This document shows, in pieces, positions 26,182-37,022 of a stretch of DNA of 64,000 nt. Where the stretch lies: NCBI GenBank assembly GCA_050084985.1, contig JBITNC010000001.1:169384001-169448000 (forward strand). Direction: 5' to 3'. Each line of letters opens with the position of its first letter. The stretch's first letter is position 1. The notes under the pieces are model-generated. The model was not told where the DNA came from and did not search any database. It saw only the letters and a list, made by a program, of their open reading frames with translations. The position numbers and the translations under genes were made by a program. The DNA is from Nageia nagi. Lineage: Eukaryota > Plantae > Pinophyta.

Positions 26182-29100
26182 CCCACACCTTCCAATCCTG
26201 ATTGTCTTCAAGATTGGGTAGCCACAAACGGATAGGAGTACCATCAACAAGCTAGCAATGGGGTCTTCAAGCTTGGCGTTGCGGAGATAGAGAAGGTGGA
26301 TCAGCAGGAATAGACCCAAGAACCTTCAAGGCGAGATGTTACAAGCGCAACATTTACATTTTTATTTATTGCAATTTTATTTAAAATTTGGATTCCAAAG
26401 ACTTATTAAATTTTGTACAGCCTTGTGATGGATGAGGATTTGCTCCCACAAGTGCTGGAATAAATCTTGTAATGCCATGTGGCACTTTATTATTGAGCTG
26501 CGTTTATTTTTCTTGAAACTTGTGATTAGGGTTAGGGCAACACTGCTGGTTGCTCCTAAACTATTTATACCCCATTTTGATTCATTTGTAAAGGGGGGAT
26601 TGACACTTAAACAATTGAAAGGAACTTTTGCTTGCTAGACCAAAAATTCTTTATGTTGTTAAATGTGGTGTATGTTTGTGTAATCATGATGAAATGCTTC
26701 TCATTTTGCCATGCCAAATTCAAATGAATGATTGACAATGTTGTCTAGTTTGTTCTATTGCTGCTTTGTGTTAATTTACATCACTTGGTGCATCCTGTAA
26801 ATTCCGTGTGGAGTGGACAAGAGAGTGCTTGTATATCTTATGAAGTGGTTGATTAGCACATTGTTGGTGATATTTTGTCATTTGCAATCTTAGGCTTGGA
26901 TACTTCAAGATGTCTTGTGGATGTCGCTCATAGTAAGAACTTCACCCGAATTGTTGAGTGTTACCTTCACCCATCCTACTCCATCCTTGCCACAGCTTGA
27001 CGCTCCTTCCATTAGACCATTTGTGTCGTTGGCTAGCGGAATGGATTGAGGGTGCGTGGAACCTATGCCGAGACCCAACAAGTCAACTTTTGAGGACCTT
27101 ATCCTGAGCCCGTGACTGCATGCCTATAGTTGCATCCTACTACCCACAAGTCTTTCCACCATCTTTTCTTTCTTTATTTTCTTTTATTTTACACTTTCTT
27201 TTCGCGGTTTCCACACCCTATTTCCCTTTCAGCATTTTCTAGAAACAACTCCATCTAGCCACGAAGACAATCTGAGTCCTTGAATCCACACATGATATTC
27301 ATGTTGGTGGTAGCTTTAAACATCTCAGCATTCCTTGAGTTATCTTCACCAAGTCGTGAAGTTAATCTTTGGGGTAACTAGTCCCCATAGCAGGAGGGAG
27401 TAACATCCTTTCATCTGAGGTGTTGGCATTTTTCTCATTGCTCCAAGGTAGGAAAGAAAAACACCCCAACAGGTCCTGGGGCGTGCTCCCTTGGAGCTCC
27501 TTGTCTCTTCCCAGTAGGAAGCAAGGGCGTATTGCCTTGTGGAGGTGCAGCACTGGCAAGAGGAGGAGACATCTTGATCTTGAGTGGGACTTGCTTAGAT
27601 CTTGCTTTGATAGTGTGTGGTCTCTAAGGTGGTCTTTTTGCCTAGAGGGGGGTCTTCTTCTTACTCAAAAGAGCATCTATTCGTGCAATTTCCTCCTCAC
27701 TTTGCACATTTCGATACTTCTCCACATTCCCTAAAGATTTATGCTGAAGAGTGATCGGTTTCTGGAATGCGGTGTTGTAGAAATGAGCAATTACACCTTT
27801 AGGATCATAATTTCTAGCTACTGCCTCCTTGAAGAAGACGTCCTGTTGCAGCTCCTTCTTCATATTGCTGGCCTCAACCCACGTTTGGCAAACGTAACTT
27901 GCGATAGAGATGGGCAAGTTGATGGTTGCATTTTTCTTTCTCCATACTCGTTCCTTCAAAAACAACAATTGTTTAGCAAACTTCATGAGAATGAGCCTAT
28001 CACTGGTGTATTTGGGGAGGAGTAGGGGTTGCTTTTCGGAACCATAGACTTTGATAAATGTATGATCAGTAGACTACAGATAGAAATCTGCATGTGCACT
28101 GTTGGCTTGAATTGTAGCATCAAAAATCCTCTTCACGATTGATTCCCCTTTGATGTCCTTGTAGATGGAGTACTTCCATCAATCATTCCTTTCATAGGAA
28201 TGCTAAAACTTGTTGTGATACCACCACTTCGGGTAAACCCGCCACATAGGAATGCCATTCTGACCCAAGTATCTCTCATTCGTAAGCTCTCTGAATCTGA
28301 GCGTGCCATGCAACAATATATACACAAGATAGAAGTTCATATAGAACCTCTTCAAGGAACCAAAGTAAGCCAGTTGGTGGCATAGGGCATCGCTGATCAC
28401 CCTACTCCATTTGATAGCTCTCCTCGAGTTGATTAATGCAATGAATCCTGTGAACTTCTTCTTGTACTTAGAGTCATTCTCCTGACCCTTGACTCTTGAC
28501 AACAAAGTGATCAACTTGGCCACTGTAGATAGGAATTCCTCCCTACGGGCGCTGACCAGTATTTGGCTCTAGATGTTCTGATAATCTTCATATAGCCATG
28601 ATCTAATGTAGTCCTTAGGTCGGGCAGTGGAATTATGGAACTCTTCTGAATTTGCCAATGTGTAGTCATCCCCATATCTCTTTCAGCCAATGGCTGCTTC
28701 AATTCCTTTAGGGGAGAAGTCCATAAGCACATTCCCCTCTGTGTCTAGGAGGACTCTCTTGTCATATACATCTGTTGGCTACCTCGTAGCACAAGTTAGG
28801 AAATTGAACTGCAAAAGGCATCATGGTGGCATTGAATAATCCACAAGTGTGGATGAGTTCATCTGACAGGTCCGCCTTGTTGATGGAGGCAGTGGAGGCT
28901 ATGGTCTAGATGGGGTCAAGATTTCCCCAGTCTGTCTCCAACGAAGGCATATCTCCCCTTGGATTTGGCTTCAGGGAGCTCTAGTTTTTCTCTTTCATGA
29001 AACTTTATCCAACTCTCTTTCAAGAGCCTTGTCATCTGATCCTTGGTAACATGTCTTTCGAAAAGTTGCCCCTTGAACTTTCTTGGCCTTGAGTGGAGGC

Positions 29101-29389
29101 GTCCTCACTTTTGAAGTCATATTGAATTCTGAAGAAAAAGGATTGGAAATGGCTGGAGTGCCCTCAGAAAAGCTCAAGGATCAATCTGGACACCTTGGAG
29201 GATGCAACAAAAAAGGTCAAATGTATAGGCCTGGGTTGCAGGACATCCAATAAATTGAATAAGGCTTCCCTTTTTATACTCAATGCATGGAGGGTGGATG
29301 TATGGTGGGATGCATTCCTGCCACTTGTCTCTTTCTCTTCTCAATTCCTGGCGTCTCACACTTAGTCAATTTCAGCTTGTAACCCTAGG

Positions 29390-30615
29390 GTGCACGGTTT
29401 GAGATGAGTGCTTTTTCACTGTTTGGAAAACATGCGATTGGGTCTAGGGTCACTTAGTCAAATTTTAGAGCACAATTCATCACTTCACACCTGGGCGCAT
29501 GGATTTGGATGAGTGGAAAAACATGTACTGCAAAACATGTGCCTCAGTTTCTAGGGCTCAAATGAAATGCCTTAGTCAAAAATGACTAACTGATTGCACA
29601 AACAAACCCTAACTCCTTATTCCTCGGCACACCGATTTGGATGAGTGGTTAAGCATGTCTCTGATATGGTGCAACTGGGGTCTTAGTACAAATTTGAAAT
29701 GAAGTAATGAAAATGACTAAGGGGCGACTCAGTATTTATAGTCTTCTCGGTTGCCACGTGTCACCCCCTGGTTGGCTGAAATTGAGTTCAAATGGTGGAG
29801 CTAGGATGGAGGGTGCATGGATTGGGACATGTGGAAAAGCACGCAGTGCTCCAGACTTAACCTTCCAAACTGATTGACTGAGGTTGACCTTCCTTTTATA
29901 GCCTTCTTGGATGGGATAGGTGTCGCCTTGTGATTGGTGCAAGAGGTGGCCAAATGCATGTAGCCACACTTGTCAATGTCTGGGCCCAACACTTAGCCAA
30001 ATTTTGTTGCTTGAAATTGGGTACAGTGTATAGGGCACATGCAAAAGCATGTCCCTCAAAACATGTGCCTAGGCTATTTTAGGGATTTTGTTCAAAAATT
30101 GGTTAAGTATAGAACCTCTTATCCTTGGTTGCACCGTTTTGGGGACTTGCAAAAGCTTGTCCCTTAAAACAGGTGACCAACTCTTTCTCTTTGCAAGCTG
30201 AACGACTTCAAAAAAATATTCTAAGTATGGGATGTCCACCTCCTTGTTCACATCGATTTGGGGACATACAAAAGCATGCCCTTCAAAACATGCGATTGGA
30301 CCTTTTTCATGTTTTTTACGAAAAATATTCTAAGTATTGGAAAACTCACAGCCTTGGTCGCACCGCTTTGAGGACATGCCAAAAGCATGTCTCTCAAAAC
30401 ATGCGACTAGAGGAAAAACATGATTTTCCTTTGAGAACTTGACCATAATGATTTCAAATGCAAATGCAATGAAAGGGAATGAAGTTTGCACGTTGAGGTA
30501 ACCTGAAAATGCAACTCTAATGGCCAAAAATGTAGGTATGAGTACGAAAAATGTACCATGAGGTTGGATGCACCGTTAGGGGACATGCAAAAGCATGTCC
30601 TTCAGAACATGCGCC
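29390..30615. repeat. Dispersed array of about 8 palindromes of ~45 bp in the 5' region of the minus-strand long LTR
   Basis: Consensus GCACCGTTTTGGGGACATGC-AAAA-GCATGTCCCTCAAAACATGCG near 30026, 30130, 30249, 30360 and 30570. More diverged copies near 29392, 29495 and 29627. Confidence 0.85.
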
Positions 30616-30945
30616 TAAGGAAAAATGCAATTTCTTGACTAGACTTGATCATGCATGTACAAATTTAATATGTTTCCTCTTAGCTAAACCATGATGGATG
30701 CATTTCCTTAAACAAAATTTCTTTATGCATCTATGTTTGATTTTTCGAGGGTCCTCAAAATGCAAAATTTTGGGGGTGTTTATGCAGGCCCAACAATAGC
30801 TAAAAACAAAAAATAAGAACAAAATCTAAACATAGAACGAATACTATGACACAACAAGATAATGCAATGCATGTAATGCAGGCACGACACAGACAAAATG
30901 CAGACACGACAACTATGTACAAGACAATGCAAAAAGGTCCCTTCA

Positions 30946-32578
30946 AGCTTGAAAATAATGCTTGAGGTGTTTACCGTTAATAGGCAATGGTAATACCTCG
31001 CCAGTGTGCTGCTTGAGCTTGAAGGAGTTCGGGTCCGCAAGAAACGGTCCTAATCACAATTTGTCGAACTTAGCATGCTTCCCCTTATCTTCATGTGCCT
31101 TATCCTACATCAAGATGAGATCGTCTTATTCAAAATTTGTTACTCGAGTAGTTATGTCAAACCATCGTTTAGTGATTTGTTGATTACAGATCATGCTTTG
31201 AAGAGCTTGTTCTCTTTTCTCTTCCAGCTGGAGCAGGTTTGCCAGCCTTGCCTCAACCAAATTGTTAGTTCCAACGTAATCCCTCATGAATTGGAGGGTT
31301 GCAATCTTCAAATGCGTAGGAACACGGGTTCAGTGTTGTAGACAAGTTGATATGAGCTGGTACTAAGAGACTTCTTTAGCTTGATCCTTTCAGACCATAA
31401 AGCATATTTCAATTTACTGTGCCATTCTCTTGGGTTGTCTGCCAGAAGCTTCTTGGTCACCGTTACCAGATTTTTGTTGGTCGACTCAGCTACTTTATTG
31501 CCTTGTGGATAGTAATTTGAGGAGTAACTTATGCTGATGCCATAGTCATACGCCCATTCTCTCAACTTCGTCGAGGTAAAACCAAGTCCATTATCACACA
31601 CTAGACTCTAGGGAACGCCAAACCTTGTGATAATAAATTCTTCCAGGAAGTCTATGACACCCTCAGAAGTGGCATTTCTGCATGCTTTGGCTCTGGTCCA
31701 CCTAGTGCAATAATCGGTGGCTGTCAGGATGAATCTGTGTCCATTGGAAGAATTGGGATGAATGACCCCAATAAAATCTAACCCCCATTTGGAAAAAGGT
31801 TTGGCTTCAGGCACAGGCTAAAGGGGCAGATTGGAATGCTTCTCTCTTCTAGCCGAAGTTTGGCAAACGTGACATTTCTCTATATAATTGTAGGCATCTT
31901 TGAAAATGGTTAGCCAGTAAAATCTAGCTCTCAAAATTTGATGGGCTAACATAGGGCCTCGGGCATGACCAGTTCCACCATCTTGGTCATGAAAGTGTTT
32001 CAGAACTTCTGCAATTTGGTTCTCTTCAAGGCATCTCAGGAAAATGCCTTCATAATTCTTGCGAAACAGCTTATTGACCTTTATCATGAACCTAGCAGAT
32101 TTGTATCTCAGAGCTCTCCTCTAGGCTTGATTATAATGTTGGGGATATGAGCTAGAAGTAAGGTATATGGTGATGTCCTCATACGAGGAACCTTTTGTAG
32201 GTGTGTATTGGCACACCATAATATCAGCATCTCTCGCCGCCTCTTCATATTTTGAATCAACAACATTTTTGCAGAAGGCACGTGTTTGAGAAATTCCTTG
32301 GCCAAGTACAATGGTCATCAGTTGAATGGTGAGATCATACTCTTGGAGAGCAGTTACCCAATTTCCTCGCTATTCATCTAGCTCATTTTGGACAAGCAAA
32401 TTCTTCACAGCTGCATCAGGCACGATAGCAATGACTTTTGACGGCTCGGACCAAGGCATATGCTTGCTTATCTATTGGAGGGTATCTCAAAGCAACATCC
32501 TTTAGTGGGGCACCCATAATTGCAATGGGCTTCTCATGATTCTCCTTTTCGATCCTCTGAGTGAGAACTCCGACTAAG
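30946..32578 (-). pseudogene. Ty3/gypsy pol remnant: RNase H plus integrase (zinc finger, core, GPF/Y region)
   Basis: GVLTQ..EKPIA..KQAYALVRA; WVTALQEYDL..GQG; FYWLTIFKDA..CHVCQ; PFSKWGLDFIG..TATDYCTRW; YYPQGNKVAESTNK; DKGKHAKF..LGPF..INGKHLKHYF. Confidence 0.95.
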
Positions 32579-32579
32579 G

Positions 32580-33705
32580 ATCGAAGAACCAACGAAGTTT
32601 GAGAAGCCTGAAAAAAGTGATATATTCAATATGAATATCATCTAGAGACATAGGAGGGGGATAGGGATGAATTTCAATCCCAACCCAAGAAGTGCTTTTT
32701 CTGCTATTGAGAGAGATTTTTGAGAAGTTATAACGACATTTGTGATCAAGTCATCCACAATGCTAATTGTATGTTTGCTAAAGCAAAGCAAACAAAGATT
32801 GGAGGGACTGAGGATGACACTCCAATGACATAATTTTGGTTTTCATCATTGTGAGGGAGGCCTTGAGGTTGTTTTCGACTGGATCTAACTGCTTGGTTGC
32901 AGATCTTACACAATTTTGATTCGTTTGAGAACCAAATCTTTGGGAAGTTTTGCCAAAGGCTAGATGCAATTGCTATTGTACATGTTGTATGAATTCCTTT
33001 TTTCGATCTTGCCAACAAATTCTACTTTGTGATCAATTGCATGACCCATTTTTTGGTAGGTTTCGTTGGTTTTGTCTTCCAAGGTGATTATGAGGTTTTT
33101 GTTGTTGACCTAGTTGTATAGGTGGTTGCTGTCAACTCGATTGCATAGGTTGTTGTTGCTAGTTTGATTTCTGTCCTTCGCAACTTCTACTTCTATTTCT
33201 TTGATTATAAGGCGAAGGATGGCTTGAAGCATTAGTGGTGAGGTTGGCAACAATACTTTAAAGATCTTTAATTTAAAAAAAGAATGGTGCTGTTTCTCTT
33301 TTAACAAGAGCAACTACAAAAGTATTGGCTTCTTCCATGACAACATCTTTGAATTCTTTTTCAGTAACAAAGTGTGAGTTAGTAGCTTCTTTTTGAACTT
33401 GTTAATCTACCTAAAACTCCTTTTGAAGTGCATTTTTCTATACTTCAAAATTTTGATGGATATCAATTCCCTAATGATGGGAGATGGTAGGATCGTTGGA
33501 TTGTAGTTGTTTGAAAATATTTTCCATTTGCACATGGAACTCACTTTTTGTAGAGTTCTTATCCTTCAAAAGGGTTTTTAGATACCTTTCTTTTGCAATA
33601 TGGTAAATGTTTGCGCAAGATTTTTGATATTCAAGGGCGGCCTTTCAAAATTTGAGTCCATATGTTCGTGGATTGTAGGCTTTTTGATTGCTAATGATAT
33701 TGTTT
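32580..33705 (-). mobile_element. Penelope-like element, long arm, N-terminal ORF region
   Basis: Minus strand near 32580-32760 reads NVVITSQKSLSIAEKALLGLGLKFIPIP..DDIHIEYITFFRLLKLRWFF (one frameshift). This fits the PLE pre-RT motif VxNLSxxxLxxxExxLLxxGLxFxPxP...FxRxLxLxxFF. Confidence 0.75.
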
Positions 33706-34789
33706 CTATGTAGTTTTCTCTTTAAATCTGATGTTGAAAGCCTCTACCTAAGAATTCCAACAAAAGCCGATTTGATTACTCTTCAATAGTTCATCATTGG
33801 TAAATTCTGCCTAGGTTTGACATTTTTTATTTTGGATTTAGCAAGATTAGTCCTCATTAGGCATTTTTTCGAATTTAATAGAAAAATTTATAGGCAAAAT
33901 TGAGGTACTGCAATGGATAGTAATTTTGTAGTTGTTTATGCCTATCGTTTTCTTTGCTACCTAGAATTACAAGTTTTTAGTCAATTCCCTTACATTTTCG
34001 AGAATTTATGCCTTTTTAAATGTTATATTGATGATGCCTTTGCAGTTTGGAAAGGTTTGAAAGAAAGCCTTAAACGTTTTCTTGATTTCTACAACTCCTT
34101 TCACTCCAGTATCCATATTATTGCCTCCATTTTTGATTCTAAGGTTAAGATTCTTAACATAGTTGTGTTCAAATCTTCAACTATGCCTAATATTGGTTTT
34201 TTTGAATACTAGATTATACCAAAACACATTAATTTTTATCAATACATTCCTTTTTGTTCCTTTCACCCTCCTCATCATAGAAAAGGCTTCATAGTCAGTA
34301 AGCTAAAGAGGATACTAGTTAGAGAAGGAGAAGAAGAAGGTTTCAAATTGATGAAGCATAAATTCTTCTATAGGTTGAGGGCATGGGTTATCTATCCCTT
34401 TTTTTATTTACTCTCTTTGTGTAGGTTGAATTTCAACATCAACCTATTCTTTTGTAGAAGATTTTGCAAAAAAATTCTTTAAGGCAAAGGTCCCATCGGA
34501 AGGCTCCTCCAATACTAATGAAGCTGAGCAATTGCCAATTGGCACGTAATCTTCAACTTAGTAGAAATGTTCTTCGACCCCTGTATGAGAAATGGTGTAA
34601 AGATCCGAAAGTCTCACACATTGGTCACGGCACTATCTGTGAGACTTAAGGACTTTATTTGTTGAAGTAAAGTTTATGCAAAACCAAGTCGATAACTACC
34701 TTCTCTTCAGCAACGTGGTCGACCACATATTTCTCTATAGTTGGATTGACAACAACTTCCTCGCAACTGGGTTGACACCTATTCGTAAA

Positions 34790-35205
34790 TTTCCACAGGC
34801 CAACACTTGTTCGTAAATGCCAATGGGCCAACCCTTGGTCAACACCTTTTCGTGTATGATACTGGGCCAACATCTGCTTGTAGAAACTACCAGGTCAAAT
34901 AGCATTCGTGAATGCTACTAGACCGACATCACCCATGAATGCTACCATGCCAACACTTGTTCATGTTGCTACCAGGTCGACACTTGTTCATGTTGCTACT
35001 AGGTTGACACTTGTTAGTGATGCTTCTGGATCGGCACATGTTCATGATGCTACCAAGCCAACACATGTTGATGATGCTACTGGGCTGATACCTGCTCACG
35101 ATGATACCGGGTGGCACATGTTTGTTAATTCTATTGGGTCAACACTTTTTTCCGATGATCGGATTGACGCTTGTTCGTGATACTACCAAGTTGACACCTA
35201 TTCAA
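34790..35205 (+). repeat. Degenerate 27-bp tandem array in the PLE 3' region
   Basis: Unit CATG(A/T)TGCTACCAGGTCGACACTTGTT, roughly 14-15 copies. Confidence 0.88.
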
Positions 35206-35474
35206 AATTGCATCTTTTTTTCAGAATTTGTAGTGGCCGTTTACATTGACAATTATTTCCATTTTTGTGCATATCTCAAGGTTATGAGCCTTTTTTCTAT
35301 TTTTTGGGCACTTTATACCGTTTTCCTTGACAATCATTGCCATTTTTATGCATATCTCAAAGAAACGATCCATTTTTTCTAAATTTGTCTCACTACAAAT
35401 GGTTGGCGAAAGTTTGCACCCTTTGGTTTGAGAATGCTATATAACAAGTGAGATTGTAATGTTTTGGTCATCAA

Positions 35475-35514
35475 CCAAACTAATGAGTGCACAAAGCACA
35501 TAATGGGTTGTCAG
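35475..35514 (+). ncRNA. Degenerate minimal type I hammerhead ribozyme motif
   Basis: CCAAA-CTAATGA-GTGC-ACAAA-GCAC-ATAA-TGGGTT-GTCAG. Stem II GTGC/GCAC is intact and the cores are mutated. Same position as the motif at 13668-13707. Confidence 0.55.
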
Positions 35515-35850
35515 AGTGTCCCATTCATTTTCGGTCTCACTTATTGTTATTCATGTTTTGAAGTGCATTTCTATTTCATGGATGCTTGATTGTGCTATTA
35601 TTTCTTCTTCGACAAATTATTCTGAGGATATAAGGTACTGCTACGAATTGTCTACTTATTTTTAAAAATTGTTATTGGCAATACCTGGAGAAAAAGTATT
35701 AGTAATATCCTGATAACTAATTGGAAAAATATTGGAATTTTTAGAAATAGATAAAAAAATGTAAAAAGTAGAAAATTAAATTTAACTAGATTTCATATGT
35801 CCTGTTTTTTGGGTCATTTTTTTAGTATTTTCAGTACGATGAATATTTTG

Positions 35851-36540
35851 ACTACTATTGATTTTTTGAATAAACTGGCAATTTATAGTTGATATGGAAA
35901 TTTTTTTGCTGAATTTTTTTGCAGATTTTGACAACTGAGGCATAAATATGGAATTTGATCTTTCAGTTCTTATTTTGTCTCTATTGTATTAGTAGAGTTT
36001 TGGCACTTGGTTGTTTGTTAGTTACAGACAAGTTGATGATGGCGTTGAAACTTACTTTATTCCTCTGGATTTGGAATTTGGAGTTATGGATTCGTAGTAG
36101 ATAAGTAGCATGTTATATTTAAGCTTTTCAAGGATATTCATGATAAGTGTAACAGATACAACAACTAGCTTATGTTGGATGCATCAATTTTTATGATAAT
36201 TTTTTCAACTGCTATTGATTTTTTGAATAGATTGGCAATTTATAGCTGGTATGGATTTGTTTATGAGCTTGTTGGCAACTGAGCCATATATATAGAATTT
36301 GATCTTTCACTTTTTATTTTTTCTCTACTGTATTAGTAGAGTTTTGGCACTTGGTTGTTTCTTAGTTACAGACAAGCTGATGATTGTGTTGAAAACTTAC
36401 TTGATTCCATTGGATTTGGACTTTGGAGTTATGGATTCGTAGATAATTAACATGTTATATGTTGGATTTTCAAGGATGACAAGATCATAATGAAAAGTGT
36501 TACAGATACAACAACTAATTTATGTTGGATGCATCAATTT
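35851..36540. repeat. Tandem duplication, 2 x ~350 bp
   Basis: ACT(A/G)CTATTGATTTTTTGAATA...GTTGGATGCATCAATTT starts at 35851 and at 36208. Confidence 0.9.
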
Positions 36541-37022
36541 GGATAATGTAAATATTACCATACCTTACAAATTAATTGCCAGTTGGTGATGCCATGAAAT
36601 ATGCAATTAAAAGGAAGACGTGCCTCATGCAGCTTGAATCTGAATATTAATTATAAATCGATACAAATACAGAGGGAATATTGTTTAAGACCAAGAATGA
36701 GAGGATTAAACCATGTACTATCCCATGGTCTGTCATTTGAGTTTTACGAATTTTTTTTGTTACTAATGTAATGTCTCAAACTTCATTTTTTGTGAAATTT
36801 GTTGCCATCTACTGTTTGGGCAGTGGATAATTGATATGAATCATGGTAAATCCTCAAATCCCAAATTGTTGATTTTTCAGAAGTCTATGATTCTTTAATT
36901 ATTTGTATATGGGTTTATGGCTTCAGTATATCAGGAGACACACAAAATTACTGTTGTAAACTTTATTGTCATCCATCTATATACTGATAATTTATTTTGT
37001 TTGTATATGACTGATATTTCAG

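Larger units (their letters stand above)
19642..27471 (+). mobile_element. Nested Tat-like LTR element: long 5' LTR 19642-26159, PBS, ~170 bp internal remnant, terminal ~1.1 kb of a second LTR; TSD GGTCC
   Basis: TGTTG...CAACA termini. GGTCC at 19637-19641 and 27472-27476. 25130-26159 and 26430-27471 are diverged direct repeats that both end GGTAGGA(G/A)AGAAAAAC(C/A)CCCCAACA. Confidence 0.88.
17753..29120 (-). pseudogene. LTR-embedded accessory ORF, ~1170 codons (29120-27472 plus 19636-17753), several stops and frameshifts
   Basis: Starts MTSKVRT. Contains LLSRVKGQE...IKWSRVISDALCHQL...FYMNFYLVYILLHG and LPISIASYVCQTW...NYDPKG, then an acidic/low-complexity middle and a coiled-coil-like C-terminus. 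Reads across the GGTCC insertion site. Confidence 0.75.
16340..32578 (-). mobile_element. 5'-truncated Tat-like Ty3/gypsy retrotransposon: RNase H-integrase followed by a very long putative 3' LTR (30795 to 16340) that is interrupted by a nested element
   Basis: pol remnant at 30946-32578. LTR-start motif TGTTGGGCCTGCATAAACACCCCCAAAATTTTGC on the minus strand at 30795. LTR-end ...AAAAAGATACCAACA at 16340, directly abutting PLE sequence. Confidence 0.8.
33706..35666 (+). mobile_element. Penelope-like element, inverted 5'-truncated arm (RT core, thumb, repeats, pLTR)
   Basis: KSDVESLYLRIP; LVLIRHFFEFNRKIYRQN*GTAMDSNFVVVYA; FKCYIDDAFAVWKG; NFYQYIPFCSFHPPHHRKGFIVSKLKR; KFFYRLRA. These are PLE-type RT and thumb motifs. 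Confidence 0.92.

Noticed and set aside
32746-33018. CKIC and VPPIFV read as a gag zinc knuckle or Tat protease
   Set aside because: There is no complete CCHC or DSG motif, and a shifted frame gives a better match to the PLE N-terminal motif.
34908-35180. 90-aa repeat ORF as a host gene
   Set aside because: It is fully explained by the 27-bp array within the PLE.
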